From: Candidatus Geohabitans tengchongensis
Lineage (GTDB): Bacteria; Sysuimicrobiota; Sysuimicrobiia; Sysuimicrobiales; Humicultoraceae
Assembly (NCBI GenBank): GCA_031459625.1
Contig: JAVKIH010000003.1
Span: 65,199 to 129,198, forward strand
DNA: 64,000 nt
Direction: 5' to 3'
A model generated the notes under the pieces. That model worked only from the letters and a program-made list of their open reading frames with translations, had not been told where the DNA came from and did no database searches. Each line of letters begins with the position of its first letter. Within the stretch, counting starts at the first letter, position 1. Made by a program: the position numbers and the translations under genes. Of this stretch, positions 1 through 9,707 are shown piece after piece.

Positions 1-724
1 GGTGCGGCGCGCCGCCTTCGGGGAGGCCTTCCCCCAGGTGCGGGAGCAGGTCTTCTTCCGCGCGCCCGGCAACCGCTTCTTCTACGTCGAGCGGGTGGAC
101 GACGCGGAGCGGCGGTTGCAGAACGTCATGGTCTACGAGGTGACCCCGCCGCTGCCGCGCCTGATCACGGCGCGCCAGGCCCGCTGGGACGACCGCACCT
201 GGCACCTGCGGGACGGCGTCGTGCGCGAGTTCGACCCGGAGGGGTTCACCCGCTACGAGGCGCGCTTCGACGAGATGCGCATCCTGGTGAACCTCCCCGG
301 CGGGATCTTCTTCGCCGGGCAGAAGACCCCCGACGAGATGACCGCCGCCGAGCTGCGCCAGTACCTGGCCGCCTTCGGCCGGGAGGCGCCGCCCCGCTTC
401 GCCATCGAGTTGCACCGGAAGTTCGCCATCCCCGCCGCCAGCGTGGTCTTCGCCCTGGTGGCGGCGCCGCTCAGCCTGCTGGGCGCGCAGGGCGGGCGCT
501 TCATCGGGGTGGGGATGAGCGTGGTGCTGCTCTTCCTGTACTACGCCGTGATGTCGAGCGCGCGGGCGATGGGGGCAGCCGGGGCCCTCTCGCCGCTGCT
601 GGCGGCCTGGCTGCCGAACCTGCTCTTCGCCGCAGGGGGCCTCGTGATCTGGGCGCGGCAGGACCGGTGGCTGCGGCGGGTGCCGCCCGTCCCCAAGGTG
701 AGCACCGTTGGCGCGCCCTCCTGA
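1..724 (+). CDS. LptF/LptG family LPS export permease (5' truncated by window edge)
   Basis: Periplasmic beta-rich segment followed by C-terminal helices HRKFAIP...PLSL...LAAWLPNLLF typical of LptF/G; first gene of an lptC/A/D-like cluster. Confidence 0.9.
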   Translation, partial: VRRAAFGEAFPQVREQVFFRAPGNRFFYVERVDDAERRLQNVMVYEVTPPLPRLITARQARWDDRTWHLRDGVVREFDPEGFTRYEARFDEMRILVNLPGGIFFAGQKTPDEMTAAELRQYLAAFGREAPPRFAIELHRKFAIPAASVVFALVAAPLSLLGAQGGRFIGVGMSVVLLFLYYAVMSSARAMGAAGALSPLLAAWLPNLLFAAGGLVIWARQDRWLRRVPPVPKVSTVGAPS

Positions 725-1364
725 CGCGCCGCCACCTCCGCCCGTGCGCCTGCGTGCGGGCTCCAGGCTCCGGACCGCCCTCGCCGTGGCCGGCCTGGTG
801 GCCGCCGCGCTGGCCGCGGGCGCCTACCTGGGCTGGTCGGTCGCCTGGTCCCGCCGCGCCCCGGCACCGGTGGCCGTCGTGCCGACGCCCGCCGCCACGC
901 CCGCCCCGCCGGGCGTGGCTATCAGGGGTGCGGCGCTGGTCCTGCGCCACCAGGGGAAGCGGCAGGTGGAGGTGCGGGCGGACCGGGTGGAGGTCAGCGC
1001 GGACGCGCGGCTTGCACGCTTCCGGGGGATCCGCCAGGCCACCCTGTACCGCGACGGGGCCCCGGCCCTGCACCTGCGCGCGAGGGAGATCGTACTCGAC
1101 CGGGCCACGGACGACTTCACGGTGCTGGGCGACCTCGAGATCACCACCCCTCAGGGGGACCGCATGCGGGCGCCGGAGGCGCGCTGGAGCGCGGCCCGCC
1201 GGACTCTCACCTTCCCCCGGGGGGTGGACGTGACCATCGGGGGACACCGCGTGCGAGCGGGCCGCCTGGTGGTCGACCTCTCCCTGGAGACGCTGCACCT
1301 CGAGGGCGGCGTGGACGTCACCTTCGCCCTCTCGGGTCCGCTGCCCCTGGGGCTCCCGCGGTGA
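708..1364 (+). CDS. lptC: LptC-like periplasmic LPS export protein
   Basis: Single N-terminal TM anchor followed by beta-jellyroll-like strands; lies between LptF/G and LptA. Confidence 0.7.
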   Translation: MARPPDAPPPPPVRLRAGSRLRTALAVAGLVAAALAAGAYLGWSVAWSRRAPAPVAVVPTPAATPAPPGVAIRGAALVLRHQGKRQVEVRADRVEVSADARLARFRGIRQATLYRDGAPALHLRAREIVLDRATDDFTVLGDLEITTPQGDRMRAPEARWSAARRTLTFPRGVDVTIGGHRVRAGRLVVDLSLETLHLEGGVDVTFALSGPLPLGLPR

Positions 1365-2641
1365 GAGGGGCACCGCTGCGCGCCCTCGGGCTCGTCGTCG
1401 CCGCCACGCTGGCCGTCGCCGTTCCAGCCGCGGCCCGACGGTCCCTCGCCGGCCCGGTGGCCGCTGCGTCGGCTGCGCCGGGGCCGACCGCCACCCCACG
1501 GCCCACCCCCAATCCGTCCGCGACCGCGACGCCGCCGGTCCAGGTGGGCCGGCTCCGTGCCGACCGGGTCCGCTACGACGCCCGGGCACGCGTCTTCACG
1601 GCCGAAGGACGGGTGCGCCTCACCCTGGGCGCGGTGGAGATCCGAGCGGAGCGCGTGCGCCTCGATCAGCGGGTCCAGGTGGCGACCGCGCACGGTGGCG
1701 TGGTCGTGCAGCAGGCACGGACCACGCTCACGGCGGAGACCGTGCGCTACGAGGTCCGCACGCGCCTGGCCCAGGCCGAGGGCCGCGTCGTGGTGGCGCA
1801 GGGTGAGGGGACGCTGCGCGCCGGACGGGTGCGCTTCGCCCTGGACACGCAGGTCACGCAGGCCTCCGGGGGGGTGACGGTCACCCGGGGCGACCTGGAG
1901 GTGCAGGCCCCCTCGCTCACCCACGACGGCCGCACCGACGAGGTGACGGCTGCAGGCGGGGTGCGGCTGCGTCAGGGCGGGAGTACCCTGACCGGAGAAC
2001 GCCTCGCCGCCAACCTGCGGGCGCGGCGCGCCGAGGTGGTCGGCCGCGCTCGGCTGGTGCGTCCCGGCGCACCGGCCCCGGGCGGCGATGCCACCGTGGA
2101 CGCCCTCGCGCGCGAGGAGACCACCATCACCGCCGAGCGGATGCGCTTCCGCTGGGACACGCCGGAGGCCGAGGCGCTCGGGGAGGTGGAGGTGCGGCAG
2201 CGGGATCGCACCGCCCGCGCGGCCCGCGGGCGCTACAGCGAGGCGGACGGCCGCCTCGTGCTGGAGGGGGACGTGGTGGTGGAGGGCCTCACCGGTGACC
2301 TGTTCCTGCCGGAAGGCGAGCGCCCGGCCGACCCGGAGACGCGCCGCACCCTGGCCGCCCCGGCGCGGCTGGCCTGCGATCGCCTCACCCTGCTCCTCGG
2401 GCCGCGGGACATGGAGGCCGAGGGACGGGTGCGCGTGACCCAGGGCGCCCGGCAGGCCACCGGCGACCGCGCCCGCTACACCCACCGCGACCGGCGGGTG
2501 GTGGTGACCGGGAACGTGCACCTGCAGGACGAGGACGGCAACCGGCTGCGCGCCGACCGTGTCGTCATCGCCCTGCAGGAGGAGACGTTCGAGGCCCTCG
2601 GCAACGTGCAGACGGAGTTCAAGGTCCGGCGCGGTCGCTAG
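1361..2641 (+). CDS. LptA/OstA family protein with several tandem jellyroll repeats
   Basis: Signal peptide, Pro/Thr linker, repeated A(D/E)RxxY...AxGxV OstA-type strands. Confidence 0.75.
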   Translation: MRGAPLRALGLVVAATLAVAVPAAARRSLAGPVAAASAAPGPTATPRPTPNPSATATPPVQVGRLRADRVRYDARARVFTAEGRVRLTLGAVEIRAERVRLDQRVQVATAHGGVVVQQARTTLTAETVRYEVRTRLAQAEGRVVVAQGEGTLRAGRVRFALDTQVTQASGGVTVTRGDLEVQAPSLTHDGRTDEVTAAGGVRLRQGGSTLTGERLAANLRARRAEVVGRARLVRPGAPAPGGDATVDALAREETTITAERMRFRWDTPEAEALGEVEVRQRDRTARAARGRYSEADGRLVLEGDVVVEGLTGDLFLPEGERPADPETRRTLAAPARLACDRLTLLLGPRDMEAEGRVRVTQGARQATGDRARYTHRDRRVVVTGNVHLQDEDGNRLRADRVVIALQEETFEALGNVQTEFKVRRGR

Positions 2642-2650
2642 TCTCCGCTC

Positions 2651-4897
2651 ATGCGCCGCCTCTGCGTCCCTGCGGCCGCGCTGCTGGCGCTCCTCACGCT
2701 CGTCCTCCCGTCCTCCGCGCCTCCGGCAGCGGGCGCCACCGCACCGCCGCCCGCGCCCCGGTCTCCCGGACCTGTGGCCCAGCCATACCCCACGCCGACG
2801 CCCACCCCCACACCGGCGGCCCCCACACCGGCACCCGCACCGTCGCCAACACCCGCTCCCGCACCGCCCCCGGTGGCACCCGCCGACGAGGTCCCGGTGC
2901 AGATCCGCGCCGATGCCTTCCGCTACGACCGCCGCACGCGCGTGCTGGTGGCCACGGGGAACGTCGTCCTCACCTTCGAGGACGTGACCATCCACAGCGA
3001 CGCCCTCATCGCCAACCTTGAGACCGGAGAGGTGACCGCGGAGGGAGGCGTCCGCCTGCGAGTCGGCACGCAGGAGGCCACCGCCGACCTCCTCACCTAC
3101 AACCTGCGGACCCGCCTGGGGACGCTGCACCAGGCCCGCGCCCAGGTGACCAGCCCGATGGTGCTCGGCCCCGTCCACCTGCGCGCCCAGCGGCTGGAGG
3201 GCGTGCTCGACCGCACCGTCTCCATCCGCCAGGGCTTCGTCACCACCTGCGACGCTGACGACCCGCTCGTCTACCTGACGGCGGACGAGATCGCCGTCTT
3301 CCTCACCGACAAGGTGGTCGGCCGGCGCGTCTCACTGTGGCTGGCCGGGCGGCGGATCCTCACGCTGCCGGCGTTCATCATCTTCCTGCGCGAGCGGCAG
3401 GAGACCCGCTTCTTCCCGGTGGTCGGCTACAGCCCGGCCGAGGGGTGGTTCGTGAAGACCCGGACCACCTACTTCGTGAACGAGGCCCACTGGGGGTCCG
3501 TGCTGGCCGACTACATGGAGCGGCTGGGGATCGGCCTCGGCGTCGAGCACGTCTACCGGCTGGGCGGCGGGCGGGGCCAGGGCAACGCCGTCGTCTACCG
3601 CCTGGCCAACCGCCAGACCGACGGGACCGACTGGCGGGTGATCCTCAATCATGCCCAGGAGCTCACCCCCGCGCTGCGCCTGGGCCTCTTCGGCGACTAC
3701 ACCCTGCGCGCGCCGGGCGGGACCCCGCCCCCGCCGGCCACCAGCGACCTCTACACGGCGCTCGACCTCAACTACCGCACCCCGCGCTCGACGACCTTCC
3801 TGTACGCGACGCACACCAGCGCGTCCCTCGGCCCGACCCACAGCCTGACGGGGACGCTGGTCCACACGCAGAGCCTCTCGCCGACACTGAGCGGCGAGGC
3901 GGTCCTCACCTTCACACGCGCGGCGGGGACGGCAGGCGTGGACGACGAGCTCCTGCCGCGCCTGGTGCTGCGCCACGCCGGCCCAAACTTCTCTGCGGCT
4001 TTGGTGGCCGAGACCCGCTGGGACCTGGACGGTGCGGCTTTTCCCGCCGACCAGCGCTACACGCTGGAGCGGCTGCCGGAGCTGACCGTGGCGCTGGCGC
4101 CCGTCCCCCTGGGGCGGTCACCCTTCATCCTGCAGGTGGAGGGCGGGGTGGGCCGGTTCCGCGAGCACAACGTCACGCCCTCGAGCCTGACCGACGCGGT
4201 GCGGGCCGACGCGCTGCTGACCCTCAGCGGGCCGCTGCCGGTGGCGGGTGGGACGCTCTTCCTGCGCGCCTTCGGCCGGACGAGCTGGTACACCACCGGC
4301 GACCTGCGCCTCTTCACCGGAGGCCGGGTCGAGTACCTCCGCCCGCTCAGCCCCGTCCTGGAGCTGCGCGGGGCTTACACCGCTCAGGGTGTGGCCGGAC
4401 GGAGCCCCTTTCTGTTCGACCAGATCGCCGGGACGTTCAGCTTCGGCGAAGCCAGCCTCACCTACCGGACCCCGGGGCTCTTTGCCCGCGCGTCGGTCAC
4501 CTACGACTTCCTGACCCGGCAACCGGGCAGCGTGGTGGCCCAGGCGGTCGTCCTGCCGCGGCCCGAGTGGACGGTGGCGCTGGCCGCCAGCTACAGCCCG
4601 ACGCTGGGCCGGCTGGAGCGCGTCGAGGCCAGCCTGGACCTGCGCCTCAGTCCCCAGTGGCAGGTGCAGTACCTGGGCTTCTACGATGGGACCACGGGGC
4701 AGGTCTTCCACGACCGCCTGACGGTGACGCGCATCTTTTGCGACTGTCTGGCCGTGAGCCTCTCCTACCTGGGGGTGCGAGGGGAGATCTGGCTGGAGAC
4801 CTGGCTCACCGCCATCCCCTGGGGGCGGGGGCGCATCGGGCTGGGGCAGAGCGGCCTGCTCTTCGACCAGCCGCTGCCCTTCCCGGGCAGCCCCTGA
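2651..4897 (+). CDS. LptD-like LPS-assembly outer-membrane protein
   Basis: Signal peptide, N-terminal OstA domain, FVTTCD motif, long beta-barrel-like C-terminus with ERLPEL motif and a C-terminal DC. Confidence 0.75.
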   Translation: MRRLCVPAAALLALLTLVLPSSAPPAAGATAPPPAPRSPGPVAQPYPTPTPTPTPAAPTPAPAPSPTPAPAPPPVAPADEVPVQIRADAFRYDRRTRVLVATGNVVLTFEDVTIHSDALIANLETGEVTAEGGVRLRVGTQEATADLLTYNLRTRLGTLHQARAQVTSPMVLGPVHLRAQRLEGVLDRTVSIRQGFVTTCDADDPLVYLTADEIAVFLTDKVVGRRVSLWLAGRRILTLPAFIIFLRERQETRFFPVVGYSPAEGWFVKTRTTYFVNEAHWGSVLADYMERLGIGLGVEHVYRLGGGRGQGNAVVYRLANRQTDGTDWRVILNHAQELTPALRLGLFGDYTLRAPGGTPPPPATSDLYTALDLNYRTPRSTTFLYATHTSASLGPTHSLTGTLVHTQSLSPTLSGEAVLTFTRAAGTAGVDDELLPRLVLRHAGPNFSAALVAETRWDLDGAAFPADQRYTLERLPELTVALAPVPLGRSPFILQVEGGVGRFREHNVTPSSLTDAVRADALLTLSGPLPVAGGTLFLRAFGRTSWYTTGDLRLFTGGRVEYLRPLSPVLELRGAYTAQGVAGRSPFLFDQIAGTFSFGEASLTYRTPGLFARASVTYDFLTRQPGSVVAQAVVLPRPEWTVALAASYSPTLGRLERVEASLDLRLSPQWQVQYLGFYDGTTGQVFHDRLTVTRIFCDCLAVSLSYLGVRGEIWLETWLTAIPWGRGRIGLGQSGLLFDQPLPFPGSP

Positions 4898-5012
4898 CGG
4901 GGCGTGGACCTCCGGCGAGTGTGGCCGCCAGCGCGGTTCGGGCATAAGCCATGAGGAGTCGCCGGTGAAGCGGGACGGGTCGCCGGTGAAGAGCGGAGAG
5001 GGAGGCGCTATC

Positions 5013-5624
5013 GTGCCCACGAGGATCGGTGGCCCGCTCGCTGGCGTCGTCCTGGCGGTCGTCGCCTCGATGGCGGCGACGACCGGACCCGCCGCAGCGC
5101 AGGCCGGAACGCAACTCGCCATCACGGTGCAGTTCGCGGCTCCCGTCCGTCCCACGGGCGGGGTCTACTACATCGCCTTCACGGTGGACGAAACCCTGCT
5201 GCGCGGACCGCAGCCCGACAGCACCGACTGGACCCACTACGTCCTCCTGCGCGGGGGGCGCTTCTTCTTCGGCCGCGTCCCTCAGGCGCCGTACCGGCCC
5301 TTCGGGTTCGAAGCCATCCGCCCGCCCGAGCCCTTCCTCTTCGGCGAGGTCCTGCCCGACGGGCGTACCATCCGCGCACGGGTGCCGATTGCCAGTCTGC
5401 AGACGGGCACCGCACCCCCGAGGCGGGTGAAGGTGAACGTCGTCACGGTGGACGGGCGGCAGCGGCCGCTCGACGCCCTCGGCCCGGGCGCCCGGGACGC
5501 GTTCGGGTTCGTCACGGTGGAGGTGCCGCGGGACCTCTTCACCACGCTCGTGGACCCGACGGGAGACGCACCAACTCCAGCGTTCGACATCGTGGGGGGA
5601 GAGGTTCGGATCGCGACGCCGTGA
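5013..5624 (+). CDS. Secreted hypothetical beta-sandwich protein
   Basis: GGAGG RBS before GTG 5013; signal peptide ending AAQA. Confidence 0.65.
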   Translation: MPTRIGGPLAGVVLAVVASMAATTGPAAAQAGTQLAITVQFAAPVRPTGGVYYIAFTVDETLLRGPQPDSTDWTHYVLLRGGRFFFGRVPQAPYRPFGFEAIRPPEPFLFGEVLPDGRTIRARVPIASLQTGTAPPRRVKVNVVTVDGRQRPLDALGPGARDAFGFVTVEVPRDLFTTLVDPTGDAPTPAFDIVGGEVRIATP

Positions 5625-5641
5625 CCGGCCGCGCGGCTCGC

Positions 5642-6991
5642 CTACCGCCGCCGCTCGGCGAAGAGGCGGCGCTGCTCGTCCAGGTTCACCGTCCGCAGCA
5701 GGCTGGGCAGGAACTCCGCCAGCGGGGCGGTATCGCGCTCGTACCGCTCGAGCTCCGTGGCGAAGTGGTCCACCAGGATGAGCCCCCGGTCGTAGTGGCG
5801 GCGCAGGAAGGCCGCGCGCTGGTCGGGGGGCAGGACCAGTCGGGCCGTGACCGCGGCCACGAGACTCTCCTGGATGACGGCCGCCCACTCCTGGTAGCCG
5901 TGGCGCTGTGCCGTCTCGCGGACCAGGTCAAAGAGCGGGCTGGTGCGCTGCACCTCGGCCGCCGCCTCGGGCCGGAGAGTCCCCAGGACCAGCCGGGCGG
6001 TGAGGGTCACGAGCGTGACTGAGTCGGGCGGGCCGACGGAGCCCAGGACGAAGACCACCACGTCGTCGAGCGGCACGAGGTAGCCGCGGCCCGGCGCGTC
6101 CAGGAGGTTCGGCACGAGCACCAGCCGCTCCCGCGGGGCGTCGCCGGCCCGCAGGTAGTCGAGGGTGCGGCCCATGAGTGCCAGGCCGTCACCGGCGAGC
6201 GCGGCGGCCGCCTGCTGGTGAGCCTCGGCCTGGGCCTTCCAGAGGTCCGCCACCCCGGCGGCCTTGTAGAAGTCGGCCAGCACCCGCCCCCAGCCCTCCA
6301 GGCCCCGGAGGGCGCGCTGCTCGGCGAACCCCGGCGGGGCGCCCAGCGTAAGGGTGGAGCGGACGTAGGCCTCCAGGGGCAGGGGGTGCTCCTCGCGGTA
6401 CCGGCGCACGGGCTCGACCACGCGGAGCGGCAAGTCCCCGAGCCTGTCCCGCACGGCCTGGCGGACGGCCCCCGACTCCCGGAGCCCCTCGTCATAGCCG
6501 GCGGCGTTGAGGGCCGCAAAGAGGGTGAAGAGGCGCTCGTCCGCCCGCACCTCCACCCGGTCGCGCAGGCGTGCCTGACCGGTCCCGGCCCGGGCGGCCG
6601 GCGGCCCGGCGGTGAACGACCAGGTGAAGGGGGCCAAGGTATTCCCGGCCCGGTCGCGGCCGCTCACCGTGACGGTGTACCGGGTGCCGGGGTTGAGCGG
6701 GTTCTGCGGGCGCACGGTGACAGTCCGCTCGTCGGCCGACCACTCCGCCGGGGCGAAGGTGACGGCCGGCTCGGCGGCGACCGTCACACTGCGGGTGTTC
6801 ATGGCCTTGCTGAAGGTGACCGAGATCTGGGCGTCGGCCGGGATGGTCCCGTCACGCTGGGGGACGGTCGCCGTGACGGTGGGAGGAGTGGCGTCGGCGG
6901 CGGGGGTAAGGGGAGGTAGGCCGCTCAGGCTGCCGCAGGCGGTCAGAACCGCCGCGGCAAGGACGCATAGGGTGATGCGCGGCAACGTCAT
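5642..6991 (-). CDS. Lipoprotein with N-terminal Ig-like (Big_5-type) domain and helical C-terminal domain
   Basis: Lipobox VLTAC; DATPPTV...ISVTFSKAM...DRAGNTL...WSFT Ig-like motif. Confidence 0.75.
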   Translation of the reverse strand: MTLPRITLCVLAAAVLTACGSLSGLPPLTPAADATPPTVTATVPQRDGTIPADAQISVTFSKAMNTRSVTVAAEPAVTFAPAEWSADERTVTVRPQNPLNPGTRYTVTVSGRDRAGNTLAPFTWSFTAGPPAARAGTGQARLRDRVEVRADERLFTLFAALNAAGYDEGLRESGAVRQAVRDRLGDLPLRVVEPVRRYREEHPLPLEAYVRSTLTLGAPPGFAEQRALRGLEGWGRVLADFYKAAGVADLWKAQAEAHQQAAAALAGDGLALMGRTLDYLRAGDAPRERLVLVPNLLDAPGRGYLVPLDDVVVFVLGSVGPPDSVTLVTLTARLVLGTLRPEAAAEVQRTSPLFDLVRETAQRHGYQEWAAVIQESLVAAVTARLVLPPDQRAAFLRRHYDRGLILVDHFATELERYERDTAPLAEFLPSLLRTVNLDEQRRLFAERRR

Positions 6992-7104
6992 CTCGAGACC
7001 GATCCCTCAGATAGTTCTGCCCAGGACTCACCGACTTCCTGTGCCCTCGCACAACCGAGCATGGACGGGCGGTGAAGGACGCTGCCCGGGCAGGGGGCCC
7101 TCCC

Positions 7105-7146
7105 CTGAGGGAAGTTGCCCACCCGCTGAGGGAAGTTGCCCGCCCG
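7105..7146. repeat. Two tandem 21-bp units (ctgagggaagttgcccRcccg)
   Basis: 7105-7125 and 7126-7146 differ by one base; in a divergent intergenic region. Confidence 0.9.
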
Positions 7147-7189
7147 CCCGCGAAATGCCCCGGGGATGACGCCTGGGAGGAGGGTTCCG

Positions 7190-8917
7190 ATGACCATCAA
7201 CGGGGCATTCCGATACGCTTTGGCCGTCATCGCTGTGGCAATGCTGACGGCCGCCTGTGGGGGCGGTGGTGTCAGCACTCCCACACCCGGGCCAGGCGTG
7301 GGATCCGTGTCGGGGACTGTCTCCATCTCGGTCGCGGCGCGGGGCGCGCGTCCCCGTCTGCCTGCGCACCGGGGTTTCCGGCAGGCTTCCATGAGACCCA
7401 TGGCGAGGCCCAATGAGTTCCTGGTCAAGTTCCGACCTGGAGTCATGCCTGGCGAGGCCGCCAACCTGAACGCCCGGGTAGGAACCCAGGAGATCCGGCG
7501 ACTGCTGAAAGGGCGCATTGCGCTCGTCCGGGCAGTTTCAGCAACTCCCGATACAGTGCTCAGCAGCTATCGCGGCCACGCCGCCGTCGAGTACGCTGAG
7601 CCAAACTACTACCGCTATCTCCTGTCGACCCCACCGCGTCGTCCTCTTGCGGTTCCCAACGATCCCTTCTACTCGTTCCAGTGGCACTACTCCAACATCG
7701 GCACCGAAGCTGCTTGGGACGTCACGACCGGAAGTGCGTTGGTCGTGGTGGCCGTCATCGACACTGGGATCCTCTTCGGCCACGCGGACCTCAACGGGGT
7801 CACCGTGGCCGGCTTCGACTTCGTGGACGACGATACGAACCCGGCAGATCCCGGGTGCCCGGGCCCCTCCGATGTTAGTCATGGATCGCACGTTTCGGGC
7901 ACGATCGCAGCTGCGACCAATAACGCGACCGGCGTGGCCGGTGTCAACTGGGGCGGCCCGAGTCGAACTCGCATTATGCCTCTGCGTGTCTTCGGGAACA
8001 TCGGTGGATCCTGCACGGCGACGAGCGCCGATGTCATCGACGCCATCGAGTACGCAGCCGATCACAGCGCTCGTGTCATCAACATGAGCTTCGGCGGACC
8101 CGGATTCAGCCAGGCGGAACAGGACGCCGTCAATTACGCCTACGGGCTCGGGGTAACCCTGGTGGCCGCGGCGGGCAACGACAATGTGGACCTGGGGGCC
8201 TCACCCGTGTACCCCGCGTGCTATGCAAACGTGATCGCCGTCGCCGCGACCACGATCACCAACACGAAGGCTCCCTATTCGAACTTTGGCTCCTGCATCG
8301 ACCTGTCGGCTCCGGGAGGGGACGTCAATACCGATCTGAATGGTGACGGCGAGCCCGATGGCATCTTGAGCACCAGTGGAACCCCTGCGACGCCCACGCA
8401 GTACTGGTGGTTCGACGGCACTTCGATGGCATCTCCCCATGTCGCCGGGGTGGCTGCCCTCCTACTGAGCAAGGGCGTCACGGGGGCCGCGATGATTCAG
8501 AACGTCCTGCAGAGCACCGCGACCGACCTCGGGACTTCCGGATACGACACCACGTTTGGCTGGGGGAAGGTCAACGCCGCGGCCGCCGTCGGCGCATCCG
8601 TCAGCACCAACCCCATGCTTGCCTTTACCGGAGACCTGAGCGGGTCGACCATTACGGTTGGCAGTGACCAGGTGGGGGTCGCCTCTGATGGAACCTTCGT
8701 CATCACCAACGCGCAGTCAGGGACGCACACGGTCTTCGCGTGGCAAGACACCAACGCCAACGGCATCATCGATGCCGGAGACCTCTATGGGACGGCGCCT
8801 GGCGTCGTGATCTTCCCGGGCACGACGACCTCGGGCGTCATGGTGTCCGTCTCTGAGCGCCCCTCTGGTTCACCGCCGATCAACCTGGCTGCCCGGCGCG
8901 GAGCCCCGCTCCCGTAA
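7190..8917 (+). CDS. S8 family (subtilisin-like) serine peptidase, lipoprotein
   Basis: Lipobox LTAAC; catalytic motifs VIDTG, HGSHVSG, AAAGN, GTSMASPHVAG; GGAGG RBS before ATG 7190. Confidence 0.95.
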   Translation: MTINGAFRYALAVIAVAMLTAACGGGGVSTPTPGPGVGSVSGTVSISVAARGARPRLPAHRGFRQASMRPMARPNEFLVKFRPGVMPGEAANLNARVGTQEIRRLLKGRIALVRAVSATPDTVLSSYRGHAAVEYAEPNYYRYLLSTPPRRPLAVPNDPFYSFQWHYSNIGTEAAWDVTTGSALVVVAVIDTGILFGHADLNGVTVAGFDFVDDDTNPADPGCPGPSDVSHGSHVSGTIAAATNNATGVAGVNWGGPSRTRIMPLRVFGNIGGSCTATSADVIDAIEYAADHSARVINMSFGGPGFSQAEQDAVNYAYGLGVTLVAAAGNDNVDLGASPVYPACYANVIAVAATTITNTKAPYSNFGSCIDLSAPGGDVNTDLNGDGEPDGILSTSGTPATPTQYWWFDGTSMASPHVAGVAALLLSKGVTGAAMIQNVLQSTATDLGTSGYDTTFGWGKVNAAAAVGASVSTNPMLAFTGDLSGSTITVGSDQVGVASDGTFVITNAQSGTHTVFAWQDTNANGIIDAGDLYGTAPGVVIFPGTTTSGVMVSVSERPSGSPPINLAARRGAPLP

Positions 8918-8940
8918 CCAGGACCCCGAGAACCGACTGA

Positions 8941-8979
8941 CGATGCCGGGAGCCATCCCCGGACTGGCTCCCGGCATCG
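8941..8979. terminator. 15-bp stem hairpin between convergent genes
   Basis: cgatgccgggagcca / tggctcccggcatcg. Confidence 0.7.
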
Positions 8980-8982
8980 GGT

Positions 8983-9429
8983 CTAGATCCGCACGTCGAT
9001 GATCGCCGAGACGCCTACCCCTACGACCCGGCGGAGCTGGCGCCACGGCTCCAGGCTGTCCACCGGGATGAGGGCCCGGATCTGCCACACCCCGGAGAAG
9101 TTCGCGTCGATGGCGGCCACCGCCTGAACCCGCTGCACGGCCCGGCTGGGGCCGGCCACCTGGGCGGCCCCGATGGTGGCCCGGCCGGGGGCGTCCACCC
9201 CGATGGAGAGGCTCAGGATGGGCACCACCTTGGTGGTCTGCTGTGTCTGCGCGTCACGCGCCGCCAGGAGGTTGTTGATGAAGGTGTTGATCTGGGGCGC
9301 GAACATGCGCACGGCCGCGCCGATGCCGATCGTCTTAATGATCGCCGTGATGTCCTGCGCGTAGGCGCCGGTGACCCCGGAGAGGAGCGCGACGGCGACG
9401 AGCAGCGCTGCCAGGCGAGTCTTGCGCAT
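8983..9429 (-). CDS. Secreted hypothetical protein
   Basis: GGAGGT RBS, signal peptide ending AYA-QD, host-like codon usage. Confidence 0.75.
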   Translation of the reverse strand: MRKTRLAALLVAVALLSGVTGAYAQDITAIIKTIGIGAAVRMFAPQINTFINNLLAARDAQTQQTTKVVPILSLSIGVDAPGRATIGAAQVAGPSRAVQRVQAVAAIDANFSGVWQIRALIPVDSLEPWRQLRRVVGVGVSAIIDVRI

Positions 9430-9707
9430 GGATCACCTCCAGGTCAGCTCTCGAACTTCTCATTTCCCCACACGGGGGCAGGTCCTGCCAGGTTCCCGTG
9501 CCCGGTCTCCCGGGGGCTCATCCTCCCTCCCATGGGCGACCGCCCCGGCGTCGCTGTGCCCGCCCCTTCGACGGCGGAACCGGACCGCCTGCCCGCTCCG
9601 TGATCTCGGGTGGCCCCGCCACGCTCGGGGCCGCCCCCGGGGTCCCGTGAGGGGGAAAACTGCCCTTGCCCCGTCGGGGAGGGGGAGCAGGCAGAGGAGG
9701 AGTCGAC

